64,000 nucleotides of DNA from Macrostomum lignano (taxonomy: Eukaryota), in assembly GCA_002269645.1 (NCBI GenBank), contig NIVC01000530.1, forward strand, positions 248,001-312,000, read 5' to 3'. Made by a program: the position numbers and the translations under genes. Shown here one piece after another: positions 26,888 to 40,133 of the stretch (position 1 is its first letter; each line of letters begins with the position of its first letter). The notes beneath the pieces are model-generated. The model was given only the letters and a program-made list of their open reading frames with translations, ran no database searches and was not told the origin of the DNA.

Positions 26888-29800
26888 ATGAAAATTTCGC
26901 TCTGGCAGTTGCTGCCTCTGCTGCTGAGCATGCGAGTTGCTGCATCTTTGGACTGCTCCGCTGTGAATCGCACGGGTGAGTCAGCTGCTTTTAGGGGCAG
27001 CTCAAAGTCTGGCAAGGCAAAGCTGCAAATCCTTTGCGCTAAATGTTCCAGTGTCAGTGCAGCTGAGCAGGGCTGACGTTCTGCGCACCTGGCAACCCAG
27101 CGGTGCGCACTGCCGTTGGTGGGAGAGTCGGCAGTCAGAGACAAACCGTTTCCCTGCTGCTGTGCGGTCCGGGCCTCGGTGGCTTGTGATGCAGCTGAGG
27201 CAGCCGATGATGCTGGAGGCGGTGAGCGTGCGAGACTGGGGTGAGTGACGCTGACCGACTCATTCTCATGATGCATGATGAGGCAGAGGGAGCCTTGGAC
27301 CCAAAGTGTGAGACAGTGTGAGACCAGCTAGCATCTAATTAGCACTCTGAGACAGTGTGAGACCAGCTAGCATCTAATTAGCACTCTGAGACAGTGTGAG
27401 ACCAGCTAGCATCTAATTAGCACTCTGAGACAGTGTGAGACCAGCTAGCATCTAATTAGCACTCTGAGACAGTGTGAGACCAGCTAGCATCTAATTAGCA
27501 CTCTGAGAAAGTGTGAGACCAGCTAGCATCTAATTAGCACTATGAGACAGTGTGAGACCAGCTAGCATCTAATTAGCACTCTGAGACAGTGTGAGACCAG
27601 CTAGCATCTAATTAGCACTCTGAGACAGTGTGAGACCAGCTAGCATCTAATTAGCACTCTGAGACAGTGTGAGACCAGCTAGCATATAATTAGCACTCTG
27701 AGACAGTGTGAGACCAGCTAGCATCTAATTAGCACTCTGAGACAGTGTGAGACCAGCTAGCATCTAATTAGCACTCTGAGACAGTGTGAGACCAGCTAGC
27801 ATCTAATTAGCACTCTGAGACAGTGTGAGACCAGCTAGCATCTAATTAGCACTCTGAGACAGTGTGAGACCAGCTAGCATCTAATTAGCACTCTGAGACA
27901 GTGTGAGACCAGCTAGCATCTAATTAGCACTCTGAGACAGTGTGAGACCAGCTAGCATCTAATTAGCACTCTGAGACAGTGTGAGACCAGCTAGTATCTA
28001 ATTAGCACTCTGAGACAGTGTGAGACCAGCTAGCATCTAATTAGCACTCTGAGACAATGTGAGACCAGCTAGCAGCCAAGCACTCGTGTTGCAGATGGCC
28101 AGTGGCACGCAGCAGCTCCGGTCAGCTCGCCCGTGTCAGCGGTCGGAGTCTCGAGCCTCCCGCTGGAGCTGCAGCTGGAGGATCCGTGCCGCGCCAGCTG
28201 GGAGGCCTTCGGCAGCAGCGACCGCTGGAGGCCGATCGGGCGTGGCGAAGCGGTGAGGCAGGTGCAGCAAATGTTTGGTTTTCTTTCCACCTCAAGCCAA
28301 TCACGTTTCACTCCAGGCTTTGACAACGTTTATCCGGCTACTCAGCGAGAGTTCGCTTGCTTGGCAGGCCATAAATATCTCAGGAAGGTTGCTCATTTCT
28401 TTTTACTAATTTCATTCAGTCTTTTATGTATCGGTGATAAATATTTTCAGGCCGCTATGCCGTGATGCGCATCAACATGAGCCTGTCCAGTCACCTGCTC
28501 TTCCATCGGCTCGGCCTCTTCGTCAGCGAAGACGCTCAACGTTCGACTTCCTTTTTCTTCCTAGACAGCTGCAGCTTCGACAAGGCCGCCTGCTGGCTTT
28601 CCAATTCTTCTGGAAGAATTGTCAGCACCACGCTGGTGAGCCGTCATCAAGGACCTTGGCTGCCATGTTTTCAAGCATGCATTCGATTTTGCATTCAGTA
28701 GGCTAAGAAAATTCTCAACTGGCTTCAGGTTGGCTCATCTCGAGCTGATGCCAATGGGATTCGGACTCACAAGTTCGAGATTAAAACTCTACCTGGTGAC
28801 CACGGCAAGCTGCTGCAGTGCGGCTTGAGCACTTCTCAAGGCCCTGTTCTGCTTGAGAAGCTTCTGTTGTGGGAAGGTGCTCTTCTTTTGCTTTTTTTGA
28901 ACTTACCGGCTGGCAGTTAGAATTGCGGATCATATTGCTGCTGAAGTTTAGGGATAGATTGAGAGGCTGACAGAGATAACAGACTCAGGTGTACCATTGA
29001 CAGTCTGTGAATAAATTTATCCATTTTTAACGCTATGTAAAATATAATCACTTTAGTTCCAGTCAAAGCTCTGCACATCTCAGCTTTGCCAGTCCTGGTT
29101 GCTGGGCAGCTGGCAAAGCTCAGCGTGTTCTCAGACTCCCTGCCTGAGGCTCAGCACCGCTGCTTCATCGAGAGGCCGGAGTCGCAGCGAAGTAGAAACC
29201 TCACTGCTCTTAGCACTGTAATTTCCTGACAATCTCGAATACATTGCCTGCGCGTTTCCAAAAAATGAACTTGTTATTGATTTTCAATTTCAGAGCCAGT
29301 CAAAAACAATCGACAGCACGAACAGAATACTCGTCAGAGTGCGCTCAGAGTTCGGCTTTAATGTATCGATGGCTGATCGAAACGCCAGCATCGTGTGCAA
29401 AGGAACTGCTGAATCAGAAAGGAAGGAAACTGCTTGGAATGGAAGCATTTCAGAAATCAGTGGTACGCATATCATAACTCTTGGAGAAAATATGATAATG
29501 ACGCAAAGAAGAATAAAAAATTTAACAGGATTTTTTGTTTATTCACTGACATTCTAACATTCCAACACTCCGTGTGTTCCTCATTGGCTCCTAAAGTCCT
29601 CTTGACCACCCTGAAAAGTCTGAACATAAGTATGTATCATCAGCCTATGCTTCATCTTTCAGAGCCCTGCGAGACAGCCGTGGACTTGGGACCGGAGAAA
29701 TTCTGGCTGGCGGGGCAGACCAAGCTGGTTCAGGTGATCTCTAAGCGCTGCAGGAATGTGAGCCACAGCTGCTGGCTGAAACTGAATGGCGATTCCCCAC

Positions 29801-31256
29801 TGCTTCAGAAAGTGCAAGTGAGCTTCGGGTAGTCGAGGCGATGGCCCGTCAGAATTGGCAGGTTTTGTGCAGCGTCAGTCAGTCTGGAGTTGAGTACAAT
29901 GACTCAGAAAGCAGTCTGAGGAGTGCACCAGATGTTTTTAGTGAGTCATTTTAGCCACTTTAATTCGATGTTGCTATTTAATTGAATTGAAAGAAAATCA
30001 AAAGTCGAATCTTTCTTGCCATTGAAAAAACCTCAAGGCGAAGCCAGCAAGTCAACGCTTGAACTCGCGTTAGCCTACGTCGGTAACAGTCAGTCTGAAG
30101 TGAGCGTGCATGCAGTTGATCAAAATGAAAACCAAAACGCACTACTTCCGGTCTACAGCATCAACTGCTCAGTTGCGGGAGATGAGGCGTCGACAGAGCT
30201 GAGCAGCAGCAATAGCAGTAGCACTGAGTGGTACGGCTTACTGAAACTGAGATGGAACCGCTCATCTGTGAACGTCTGCTGCTCCAGTTACCAAACCTGC
30301 ACTGGATTGACTGTCTTTAAGTCTCTGCAGTGCAAATCTTTAACCCAACAGCCCATTGGTAAAGATGGTGAGCAGATGTTTGTGGTTAGTGATTCACAGT
30401 CATCGTCATTAACCGATGAGCAGCATTTGATCGGCTTCTATTAAGAGAATGCCCTAGCTCTGTTGGTAGTCAGCCTTTGGTGATTTTCTAAGAAACGGAG
30501 TGTCCTGTCCTTCTACCATAGTCGTCTTTGATAGAAACAGGAAGTTCTCAACTGGAGATACGAGCGTAATTGAAATATGGGTAGCTAAGATATGTTATTA
30601 ACATGACCTAATAGTAGCGCATAATGCTTCCCTGAAAATTGCAGCTCAGTGGGACGATCGCTCGGCAAGGTTTCTCTCGCTTCTATTGGCTTCTATACTG
30701 GCTTCACTAGTTGTGGGCTTCCTTCTGTCTACAATATACCACAAATCTGGTATGCTTTTTACCTGCGAGAGAAATCCTGTGAGTCATATTTAAGTCATTT
30801 CAAAATTCAATTTAAAATCTGCCAGAAAGTGTTTCACGTCATTATTTCGTACCATTTATGGTGCTGTGTTCATGCATACTCCATAGATCAAAGTTCATCA
30901 TGCATATTTTCTTAATGCTTCGACTATGAAATTGCGATTTTTAATTTATCCTTTATACATGGAATGAATCCTGTAAGCTTGCAAAATTTCAGCCACAGAG
31001 AGGTCACACTGGACTGCGAAGTCAGCACAATGCAGGTCAGACCGTCCCAATGCGAATGCGGAACAACTTCGCAGTGCAAAGTGACTCACACGGCAGCAGT
31101 GAATACGACTACCCAACCACTGAGCAGCCAGGAAGCTGCAAAAATGAACAGTTGGGTAAAGAAGGTGCCTACACACAGGTGCTGCTGGTTCCTTTACAAC
31201 AGGGACCACTGAATGAAGGTCGGGTTTACGTCAACCAGACTGAAAATGCTACTTGA
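26888..31256 (+). pseudogene. Receptor E1 (Ig-type family) with an A-type leader; ~123-bp deletion fuses exon 9 to mid-exon 10 and gives a premature TAG at 29830-29832
   Basis: Leader 26888-26975; exon 2 27052-27240; later exons collinear with E2; junction GTGAG/CTTCG at ~29822; TM exon 30645-30778 (FLSLLLASILASLVVGFLLSTIY); tail 30993-31256 with SSEYDYP, AYTQV and VYVNQ. Confidence 0.75.
27308..28075. repeat. 39-bp minisatellite array in E1 (~19-20 units)
   Basis: Same unit as in A. Confidence 0.95.
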
Positions 31257-32932
31257 GTCAGTTGAGCATTAAAGTAAAGAACTTGAGACTCTGTGAGATC
31301 TATTTTGACATTGTTGCTTGCCGAGTGCACCAGTGTCCAATATTCAGTTATGCGAGCCATAATTAAACACTTCAAACCGATTCTGACTTGGCAACAAGTC
31401 GGTACTGCTATGCTTAATAATGACCAATACTGATTTATCACTTTGTGCACTATTAGCTCTGATTTGTAGATCTTTTTTGGAAAAAAGTTATGTAAACTGA
31501 AGCCTCGGGATTCGGAATTGAGAGACAAGGAATCGATATATAATCTGTGGTAAAACGAGTGTTAATTTCACTATTGCTGTTATGCGTCTTATCATGCATG
31601 GCTGCTGGCTGCTTATCATACTCTTCGAAGTTATGCATATAAGCGGCTTGACCAACCTCTCTGCTGCTTTGTCTGCAGTGGTCAGCTTGGTTTCCGTTCT
31701 TGCTTGCAGGAAAACAGAAAAACAGTAGTACACATTTCTGTGTCTATTAGAAAGTAACTTTTTCAAACGGCCCTTTATCTGATGTTATTCGAGTGCTCCC
31801 ATAACAATAATTAAACTCGATTTTCTTGGTCAAGAACCCAAATATTTCTTTGTTTCGAGTTCAAAACTCATTTAGCAGGTTTATTTGTTGATTCTAGCAA
31901 ACACTTTGAAAAAGTGCCGAAGCGTTTAGAAGTGAAATTTTTAAAGGCCACTCGACCCACTGCATTACAGCGCTGCACATCTCGCGCGTGCTTTTACTTG
32001 AACGATTGCTCTAACTGTTCTCAATAAATTTGTAGCCAACTGTCTTGAGCCTTTGAGACGCTGAACTGATAGCTGTAGTTTTTCGTTGCGGTCGGATTCT
32101 TCATTGGTAGACTGTAGATCCGGTTTATAGTACTTGTACTGTCAGTAGCAGTGGACCGATTTCTGGGAAATACGCTCGTAGCTATGTGCTCCAAAGCAAA
32201 ATGGGAGGACAGCATCAAAACTCAACAATGGGCTTAATAGCCAAGCAGTATAGGTCATTGGTTGCGTAGCTCGTACATGTATATACGGTGAACGGGTTAT
32301 TATTATTATAAACGGACTTATTTTTCGACACAGGAGGGTTGGACAAATCAAGTCCTAATCGAAGGACTTACCACAGCCTTAAACATCTTTGGAAGCACTG
32401 AGCACGTGATTGCGTAAGGTTTTGTTACTCGTTAAGATTGCTCGTTTACAGGTGTGAAACGCTAAGGGCTTTCGGCAACCTAGTCTACTGTAAGCGTGCG
32501 TGATTGATGCGTGTGATTGATATCATTTTAGGGGATCGATGGGTGCGCACAGTATGATGGATTAAAATTCATGCAACGATTGTTCATGTCGGTTTCTATA
32601 GGTCAACTGAATTTTCGATTGCTTATGTAGAGCTAATATTAGTCATATTATATTTTCAGCAGTTTTCCAAACGCATTTTCTTACCTTTCTGTTGTCACTG
32701 CACTCTACATGGGTTTTTCTTGTACTTTGGCTCGACTCTTATCTCTTTTGCTTGAAAATGTGCAGTATATGCTGAAGCAAATATTACAAGGTAGAATTTT
32801 TGTATAAAATACAGAAAAGCCAGACAATGATACTTGATTTAGAAAAAAGTAAATTGGTAAAAGCTAATTACTAACTAAAATAAAGTACGGCTTTTGGATT
32901 CGAGTACGTCTACGGGCTCGAATCATTTTGCA

Positions 32933-35900
32933 ATGTCTGATAAGTTAAACAGCGGAAATTTCAAACTAACATTTGCACTTTTGAATCTGCAAGTCTTCAT
33001 CTTGTTGTCATTGGTTTCAGAGTATGTAGCAAATTGAAGAGTTCGCTTTAGCACACTAGAGAGAGAGGGAAAGAGAGAGAGAGAAAGAGAAGAGAGAGAG
33101 AAATTAATCTAGTGTCTAAACGCACGAACTCCCACTTCCAGACCTCAAGCCTGGGGACAAAGTTCAGTGTTCACTTACTGATGCGGGCTCCTCTTCTTTG
33201 TCGGGCAGGTTCTCCGAGCTCGTCTCTTCAAATATTCTTCCTCCGGAGTAGTCTTGAATTATAGAATCGGCCGAATATGAGAGCTTAATAACTTAGTCCG
33301 TCGACGTCAGTATATTCCTCGAGTGCAGAAATCAATATATTCCTCGAGTGCAGAGATGCGCCCTAATAACAAAGTCAACTCTATAACAATAACGAGGTCC
33401 TCCGAAAGGGCGTCTTCTTCTAGAAATAACGGAATCGGAGTCGTTTGCTCCTATCGGTTACTCTAGGGTACCAAAATCAATCAGTCAGTAATCAACTAAG
33501 AGTATCGGAATCGGTCCGCAGATCCAATCCAATCCCTTAGGAATAGGGAGGCCTCAAATTCAATAACTCAATAAATCGACTTATCAGTAACGGCCGGCAA
33601 TGACACAGCTCTCAATAATCGAACAACAAAGTCTTCAAATAACAAAGACTCGAACAAAGGTTTACCAATTGGTGTTTGTCTCTCTCAGAGATATAGCCTT
33701 GCTTAGTAACTCTGGCTAAGCCTAAGATCTCTTAAGGCTGCTCCGAGTCTGAGGTTTCAGCTCGGATTTTTGCTTGTATTTATACACGATTTCATTCGAC
33801 CTTGAGCTTCAAACTGGTTTTATTGATAAGAATCAAAAGATGGACTTTGTCTCTTGACCGGTGGGGTTTTACATAGGAAAGGGGTGAAGCCTAGATCGCA
33901 TTTAACTTGACCTTTACCATATTTGGAAATTTAGGTTGAAAACCGGTTTTTTGGACTATGTAACAATCACTCGCTGTTTACGTGATATTGCATGCATTAC
34001 TGAAAATAGAGTATGACGCATGTTAGTTTTAAATGGTATTCATGTTTTTATCTTGCTACTTTTAGTAGGCTACTATGCTTAGAGATCTCTACAATATCTC
34101 CCTTTTTTACAAAAAATTCGTCCCGAATTTACGTTGGGACTTAATTTAAGGTGATTAACAGTAGGCAGTCATGTCATTAATGATATGGAAAAACGTCACT
34201 TTTAATTTGAGGGCTTTGGTCGTTATATTAAACCGTTAGAACCGCTTGTTGCGTTAAAAGTTTGTAAACAGGTTCGCATGCAATTGAGAGTTTGCGTTAA
34301 CTGTTTAAGCAAAATGTTCATTCAAAAATCGATAGAATATCCTCTGTATTCTGGCTGTCAACACTGCCACGGGCCATATGAGGTGTTGGATTGGCGTCAG
34401 TTGCGTGTCTTCTGTTGCTTCGAGGAGGTGGTAGTACACCTCCTCCGGGGTCAGCAAGCTGTCGGCCATGGTGTAATATCGTCCCACGGCCAGTAGATGT
34501 TGACGCGCACTGTGCAGGCGAAATGGTATGGGCCAAGCTTGTACATTGGCAGCTATCTCCTGCGTCGTTAGAGCTTCTAGATGGTCGAAGCCGAGTTCAG
34601 TGTTGCGTCGAAAGCGAAGGTTTAGTGTGTGTATGTGTGCGTTAAGGTAAGACTGGGTGAAAAAGTTTTTTTTTTTTTTGTTATTGCAGCGGTTAACAGA
34701 AGCCTTAAGTCAATCAGACAGTTATCGGCGAAATTTTAACACAAACAAATGTGAATTTCAGCGCGTTTTGGGGCAGGCAGGGTGTTAATACAGAAGATTG
34801 TGCTTTTGATAATTAGTCAAAACGCAGGAAAATGTGAACCGGAACTGGCTCGGTTACTTAGCAGTAGTTTTTGGCAAGCGCTGGAGCGCCGAAAGACAAC
34901 TGTTTAAAAAATGAAACTTGAAACCGTATCCAATCAATTAAAATCCAAAGTTTGCCGAGGGCAGTGTCGGCCAAAATTGTTTAAAAAACCTGACACGTCA
35001 ACTGTGGCACGAAATTTATATAAACGAGCGCAAATTCGTCGGTGAAAGAACAAAATTCAAAAACTGCCTAGAATCGCGTAGGTTATACAAAAAGATTTTA
35101 TCAGAGCCCAGAATCACGTCGGGCTCACCAGTTGAAGAGTTCGCTTTAGCACACTAGAGAGAGAGGGAAAGAGAGAGAGAGAAAGAGAAGAGAGAGAGAA
35201 ATTAATCTAGTGTCTAAACGCACGAACTCCCACTTCCAGACCTCAAGCCTGGGGACAAAGTTCAGTGTTCACTTACTGATGCGGGCTCCTCTTCTTTGTC
35301 GGGCAGGTTCTCCGAGCTCGTCTCTTCAAATATTCTTCCTCCGGAGTAGTCTTGAATTATAGAATCGGCCGAATATGAGAGCTTAATAACTTAGTCCGTC
35401 GACGTCAGTATATTCCTCGAGTGCAGAAATCAATATATTCCTCGAGTGCAGAGATGCGCCCTAATAACAAAGTCAACTCTATAACAATAACGAGGTCCTC
35501 CGAAAGGGCGTCTTCTTCTAGAAATAACGGAATCGGAGTCGTTTGCTCCTATCGGTTACTCTAGGGTACCAAAATCAATCAGTCAGTAATCAACTAAGAG
35601 TATCGGAATCGGTCCGCAGATCCAATCCAATCCCTTAGGAATAGGGAGGCCTCAAATTCAATAACTCAATAAATCGACTTATCAGTAACGGCCGGCAATG
35701 ACACAGCTCTCAATAATCGAACAACAAAGTCTTCAAATAACAAAGACTCGAACAAAGGTTTACCAATTGGTGTTTGTCTCTCTCAGAGATATAGCCTTGC
35801 TTAGTAACTCTGGCTAAGCCTAAGATCTCTTAAGGCTGCTCCGAGTCTGAGGTTTCAGCTCGGATTTTTGCTTGTATTTATACACGATTTCATTCGACCT

Positions 35901-37773
35901 TGAGCTTCAAACTGGTTTTATTGATAAGAATCAAAAGATGGACTTTGTCTCTTGACCGGTGGGGTTTTACATAGGAAAGGGGTGAAGCCTAGATCGCATT
36001 TAACTTGACCTTTACCATATTTGGAAATTTAGGTTGAAAACCGGTTTTTTGGACTATGTAACAATCACTCGCTGTTTACGTGATATTGCATGCATTACTG
36101 AAAATAGAGTATGACGCATGTTAGTTTTAAATGGTATTCATGTTTTTATCTTGCTACTTTTAGTAGGCTACTATGCTTAGAGATCTCTACAAAATAAAAC
36201 ACTTTTTTTCAATGTTTCATCCAATTGTACTTAAGAGTTTATTGTTCCGCATTTCAGACACCATGCCGCAAATCACTATTGTGTGAGCGGACTGACGCTG
36301 AGTCTGCGACTCGACGATTTCTACCACAGAGACGAGCTCATCATTCCACAGCCGTCAGATGAGTCTGAGCAGAGTTTGATGAAGCGCAGGACCTGTAAGT
36401 GGGCCGTTAGAGCGGACTCCAGAAGGAGGGATCTTCAACTCGTGCTGGAAGGGCGAACAGCGGGTTTTGGGAAAAACCCAGTCAGTTTAAACATTCGCTT
36501 CTCGCCGGGTTCAAACGGATGGGCGACTGTGTCGCCAGGAATGTTTCGCGTTTTTCCGTTGGAAAAAGGGCAAGTCTAATTTTGCTGACGTCATGCAGTG
36601 TTTGCGTGTAGCAGGTCAGACCATATATATCTATAAACAGCATAGAGTACTTGAAATATAGAGCTTTGCTTTCATTTTGGATTGCCAATTTAGTAAATTG
36701 ACTAGCAAAACGCGTCATAAAAGTGAACTACTAAATGCGTCAACTACTAAAAAGATTTTTAATTTCGATTCCATGCAAATTTTTCTTTCCAGCAATCAGT
36801 TCAATGTGGAGACAAACTGGGATACGAGAAATCAGAATAGAAGCATGTCAAACCTGAGGATTGCCTGCAGCTTCCCGGGTTCTGTAGCCGGGAAATGCTC
36901 AGCTTCAATAGAAAATGCTACGCCGTGAGCTCAGCAAAGCAGAATGCTTCAGCCACAATGTCCAGCATTGAAGGCGATGCTCAGCTGGCCAGCTTCTCCA
37001 GCATGGCTGAGATCAGCGAGCTCATTGCTGCCAGTGAGTGAGCATCGTCTTAGATTGCAATATAGGCTATGATTTCGACGTTCAATGATAATTTTTTCAT
37101 CATTTCAGACAGCGAAAAGCTGCACGAGTTTCCCTACAGGCGGCCCCTGAGCCTGGGCCAGCCGGTCCGTCTCGGCATGTTTCTGAACGCATCCGCTGCC
37201 ACAGTGCTGTCCTTTGTCAGGAGTGACAGCGGATGCCTGCTGCTACAGCCTGTGACAGATTTCAAGGACTTCTTGTAAACTTTTACTGCATTTACTTTGC
37301 TCTTGAAATGAAAGAATAACGGAGAGATTCTTCTTCAGACTATCGGACAAAGTGGCGGGACCATGCGTGTCGCTGAGAGTGACCGAGTCAGATACAGCGG
37401 TGGTCGAGTTCGTTAACTGCAGCAGCCCGATGCTGTCGCTGCTGAGCTTCCCGGAGACTGCGCGCTCCGTGCCGAGCTCAGCGAAGTGCAGCGGCATCGA
37501 GCTTGAGAATCTTATTCGTCTGAACAGCCGTCGTCGAGACACAGTCTCAGCCACCTCGACAGTAACTGCTGATGCATCAATCCAACCTTATTTTTCGACG
37601 AATCCCAAGCCTCGGATTTTAGTTTTCAAATCCTGGTTTTGGCCTTGTGCTCAACTCTCCTGCTGATTTCGGGCATCGCATACTTTGTTGTCTCAAAATC
37701 GGACTCTAGCAATACTCGCAAATTTTTCGAAATATTTGTCCGCCGAGATCTCAAAGGCATTGAAAATTTATAG
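32933..37773 (+). pseudogene. Receptor C: divergent paralogue of B (signal, CUB-like, CTLD-like, TM) with two apparent frameshifts and an LTR element in intron 1
   Basis: Exons 32933-33021 (MSDKLNSGNFKLTFALLNLQVFILLSLVSE), 36258-36569 (GC donor), 36793-37033 (241 nt vs 242 in B; frameshift ~36863), 37109-37274, 37339-37773. The TM QILVLALCSTLLLISGIAYFVV is reached only after a frame change near 37575. Confidence 0.7.
33035..36191 (-). mobile_element. Non-autonomous LTR retroelement (3157 bp), probably Ty3/gypsy-derived
   Basis: 1059-bp TG...CA LTRs at 33035-34093 and 35133-36191 with no difference seen by eye; 4-bp TSD AAAT; PBS TGGTGAGCCCGACGTGATT (35112-35130) resembling the tRNA-Trp 3' end; PPT AAAAAAGGGAGATAT at 34094-34108; 1039-bp interior without gag/pol motifs. 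Confidence 0.92.
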
Positions 37774-38285
37774 TTAATATAACCATGTTGAAAACCTCTA
37801 GCTGCATTGTCACTAATGGCATAGGGTTGGGTTGCATTGGGCAATTACCCGTCCGCAAGGAGTTATTTAATGAGTTATTTACCAATTGCTCTTATTGTCT
37901 TCATTGACGAAATATGGCTTTTGCCTTGTTCGCAATATTATTTTCTCTCAAACCGAAAAAGTTACAAAAATACGATAGTCATTTCAATTTACCTCATCTT
38001 ACCTATTTGATTTTCTTATAGCTTTTTTAACTCGCTGTTTCTTGCTACATTCCTTAAACCAGGTCGATGAAGAAGATTGAGTCATTCCACGAGCAGATAA
38101 ACTAATTAAACACTCAGAAAAAATAACTGTACACAATAAGCATTTCGCAGGTATATTTCTTTACTAATCCTTATCCAATGCTTATCAAAAATATACTCAC
38201 TCTAATTTTTTAATTTTTATTAAGGTGAGCGGCACCGCGAACAAAAGTTCGAAATTTCTGTTTGACATTTCTTTATTAGCTGGAC

Positions 38286-38630
38286 ATTGCTGAGATGTCA
38301 AGGCTTACTGGGGGAATTGCTGAGATGTCAAGGCTTACTGGGGGAATTGCTGAGATGTCATGGCTTACGGGGGGAATTGCTGAGATGTCAAGGCTTACTG
38401 GGGGAATTTCTGAGATTTCAAGGCTTACTGGGGGAATCGCTGAGATGTCAAGGCTTACTGGGGGAATTGCAGAGACTTCAAGGCTTACTGGGGGAATTGC
38501 TGAGATGTCATGGCTTACGAGGGGATTTGCTGAGATGTCAAGGCTTACTGGGGGAATTTCTGAGATTTCAAGGCTTACTGGGGGAATCGCTGAGATGTCA
38601 AGGATTACTGAGGGAATTGCTGAGATGTCA
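38286..38630. repeat. 30-bp minisatellite GCTGAGATGTCAAGGCTTACTGGGGGAATT (~11 units) at the duplication junction
   Basis: Direct reading; related monomers near 14270 and 48800-48870. Confidence 0.93.
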
Positions 38631-38631
38631 A

Positions 38632-38679
38632 ATTCACCCCGGTGTCGAGTCCGCATTTCCGATAAATTGCTTCACTGTT
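38632..38679 (+). pseudogene. GINS2: 48-bp relic of the GINS2 last exon
   Basis: Matches 556-603 at 47/48 nt, then jumps to sequence homologous to 1585 onward. Confidence 0.9.
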
Positions 38680-39129
38680 TATTGTGATCTCGTCTTTATT
38701 GTGCAATTATTCTATTAAAACATGCATTTGTATTTACTTATTAATAAAACGCCTGATTAAATTTACTGTTACCTTTGTTCCATGGCAAATTTTAATACAG
38801 AAATCTTTTTGCAGATATTAATTTATTATTTGTTGTTGCTCAGACAATAGAGAGGCCCTTAGACAAGAAAGTACGAATTGATTGAAATCGGTTGATACTG
38901 CGGGCGTAGTAGCTCTGCCAATGAAATATTGCTACAAATGGATTTTAAATTGATTCTGAACCAACGACAAATTGGTTTGATACTAGTGGTTAATGCAAAC
39001 CCGGCCTTTTCTGGAATTAATCAATCTGGTCTTTGAGCTTAATATCGGTTTATGGTCTATGTACATCATACTTGTCCAGTACGTCTCAGATCTATCTCAG
39101 TTTAACTCATATTTGTGATTTACACGTAC

Positions 39130-39420
39130 TTAACTTATGGAGAAGGTGCGGGTAAGAGTGCTACAGAGTGTCACACAACCGGCGAGAGGCATTGCTGCCC
39201 ATTGCCGACTCCCCTGAGCAGGCACACAAGCGCGCGATACGTACGCAGTCATACGCACAGGCACACACACGCACTGGAGTGCACAACGGCCCCTAACTTT
39301 ATCTATCGTTAGGCCAAGGACCACTAGGAACTTTTCGTTATATCTGGTCAAGTATAACGACACTTGGAATCGAGCCTGGGCTGCTGGCACATCAGAGCGC
39401 CGCGCTAGACTACTGCTGAA
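39130..39420 (-). mobile_element. tRNA-derived SINE family 1 copy (approximate)
   Basis: Same head and body as 12718-13045; only the head remains at the paralogous site ~1850. Confidence 0.7.
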
Positions 39421-40133
39421 TGACTCGCACAGCTGCCGCATGTCTACACATCACAACACATCGTAGTATAAACTACAAGTTAAAGCAGTACGAGAAGTAG
39501 ACTGCACGGAGAATTGTATATAGGAAAGAAGTACACTTGTGATGCACATGCAAACGGATTCAAAACCTCACCAACAGCATGCGATTGGCAATCATGCAAA
39601 TGAAAAGTTTGTATTTTTATAGCCTTTCACTTGACTATTTAATTCCGAATTACTTGTATTTGTGTTTCAGAGTTAATGCCAATGTACAATATACCGATGC
39701 AGTATGTCTTCACAGCTAGAACACCCTAAATTCTCTTTTTCCTTAATTTGTTAAAATCTGCCGGGTCCAACCGGAAGTAGCTTCTTTTAGCAGTTAAAAT
39801 ACAGGGCAAACAGGCTCTTCTGTGTTGTTTACCGGGTCGCATGACAGCTACCATTCAAGTGCAGTTTCTACAGTTTAGTGGTAAGAAACTAGAAGCTAGG
39901 ACAAAACTTGCATGGAAACCACACAGAAAGATCGAATAGTGACTGCTACTACAGTTCTGGATTGCGATCTGAGATATGATGGGGCTAAAGTTCTGCAACT
40001 GCCGAACTTCTTCAAGTTATATTTATGACCGTTGAATATAAAATTAAAATACCAAAGCCCTTCAGTTTTAAACTTTCAAATAACAAGCAAGAAACGAAAA
40101 AAGCAATTATACCAGCATATACTTAAAATTACT

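Noticed and set aside
27308-28075. 39-bp arrays as CRISPR arrays
   Set aside because: Head-to-tail identical units with no unique spacers, no cas genes, and an intronic eukaryotic context.
28133-28465. Read-through of intron 3 in E1/E2 as one long exon (110-aa ORFs)
   Set aside because: The spliced model gives a 67-nt exon 4 matching A in length, phase and residues; the read-through peptide does not align.
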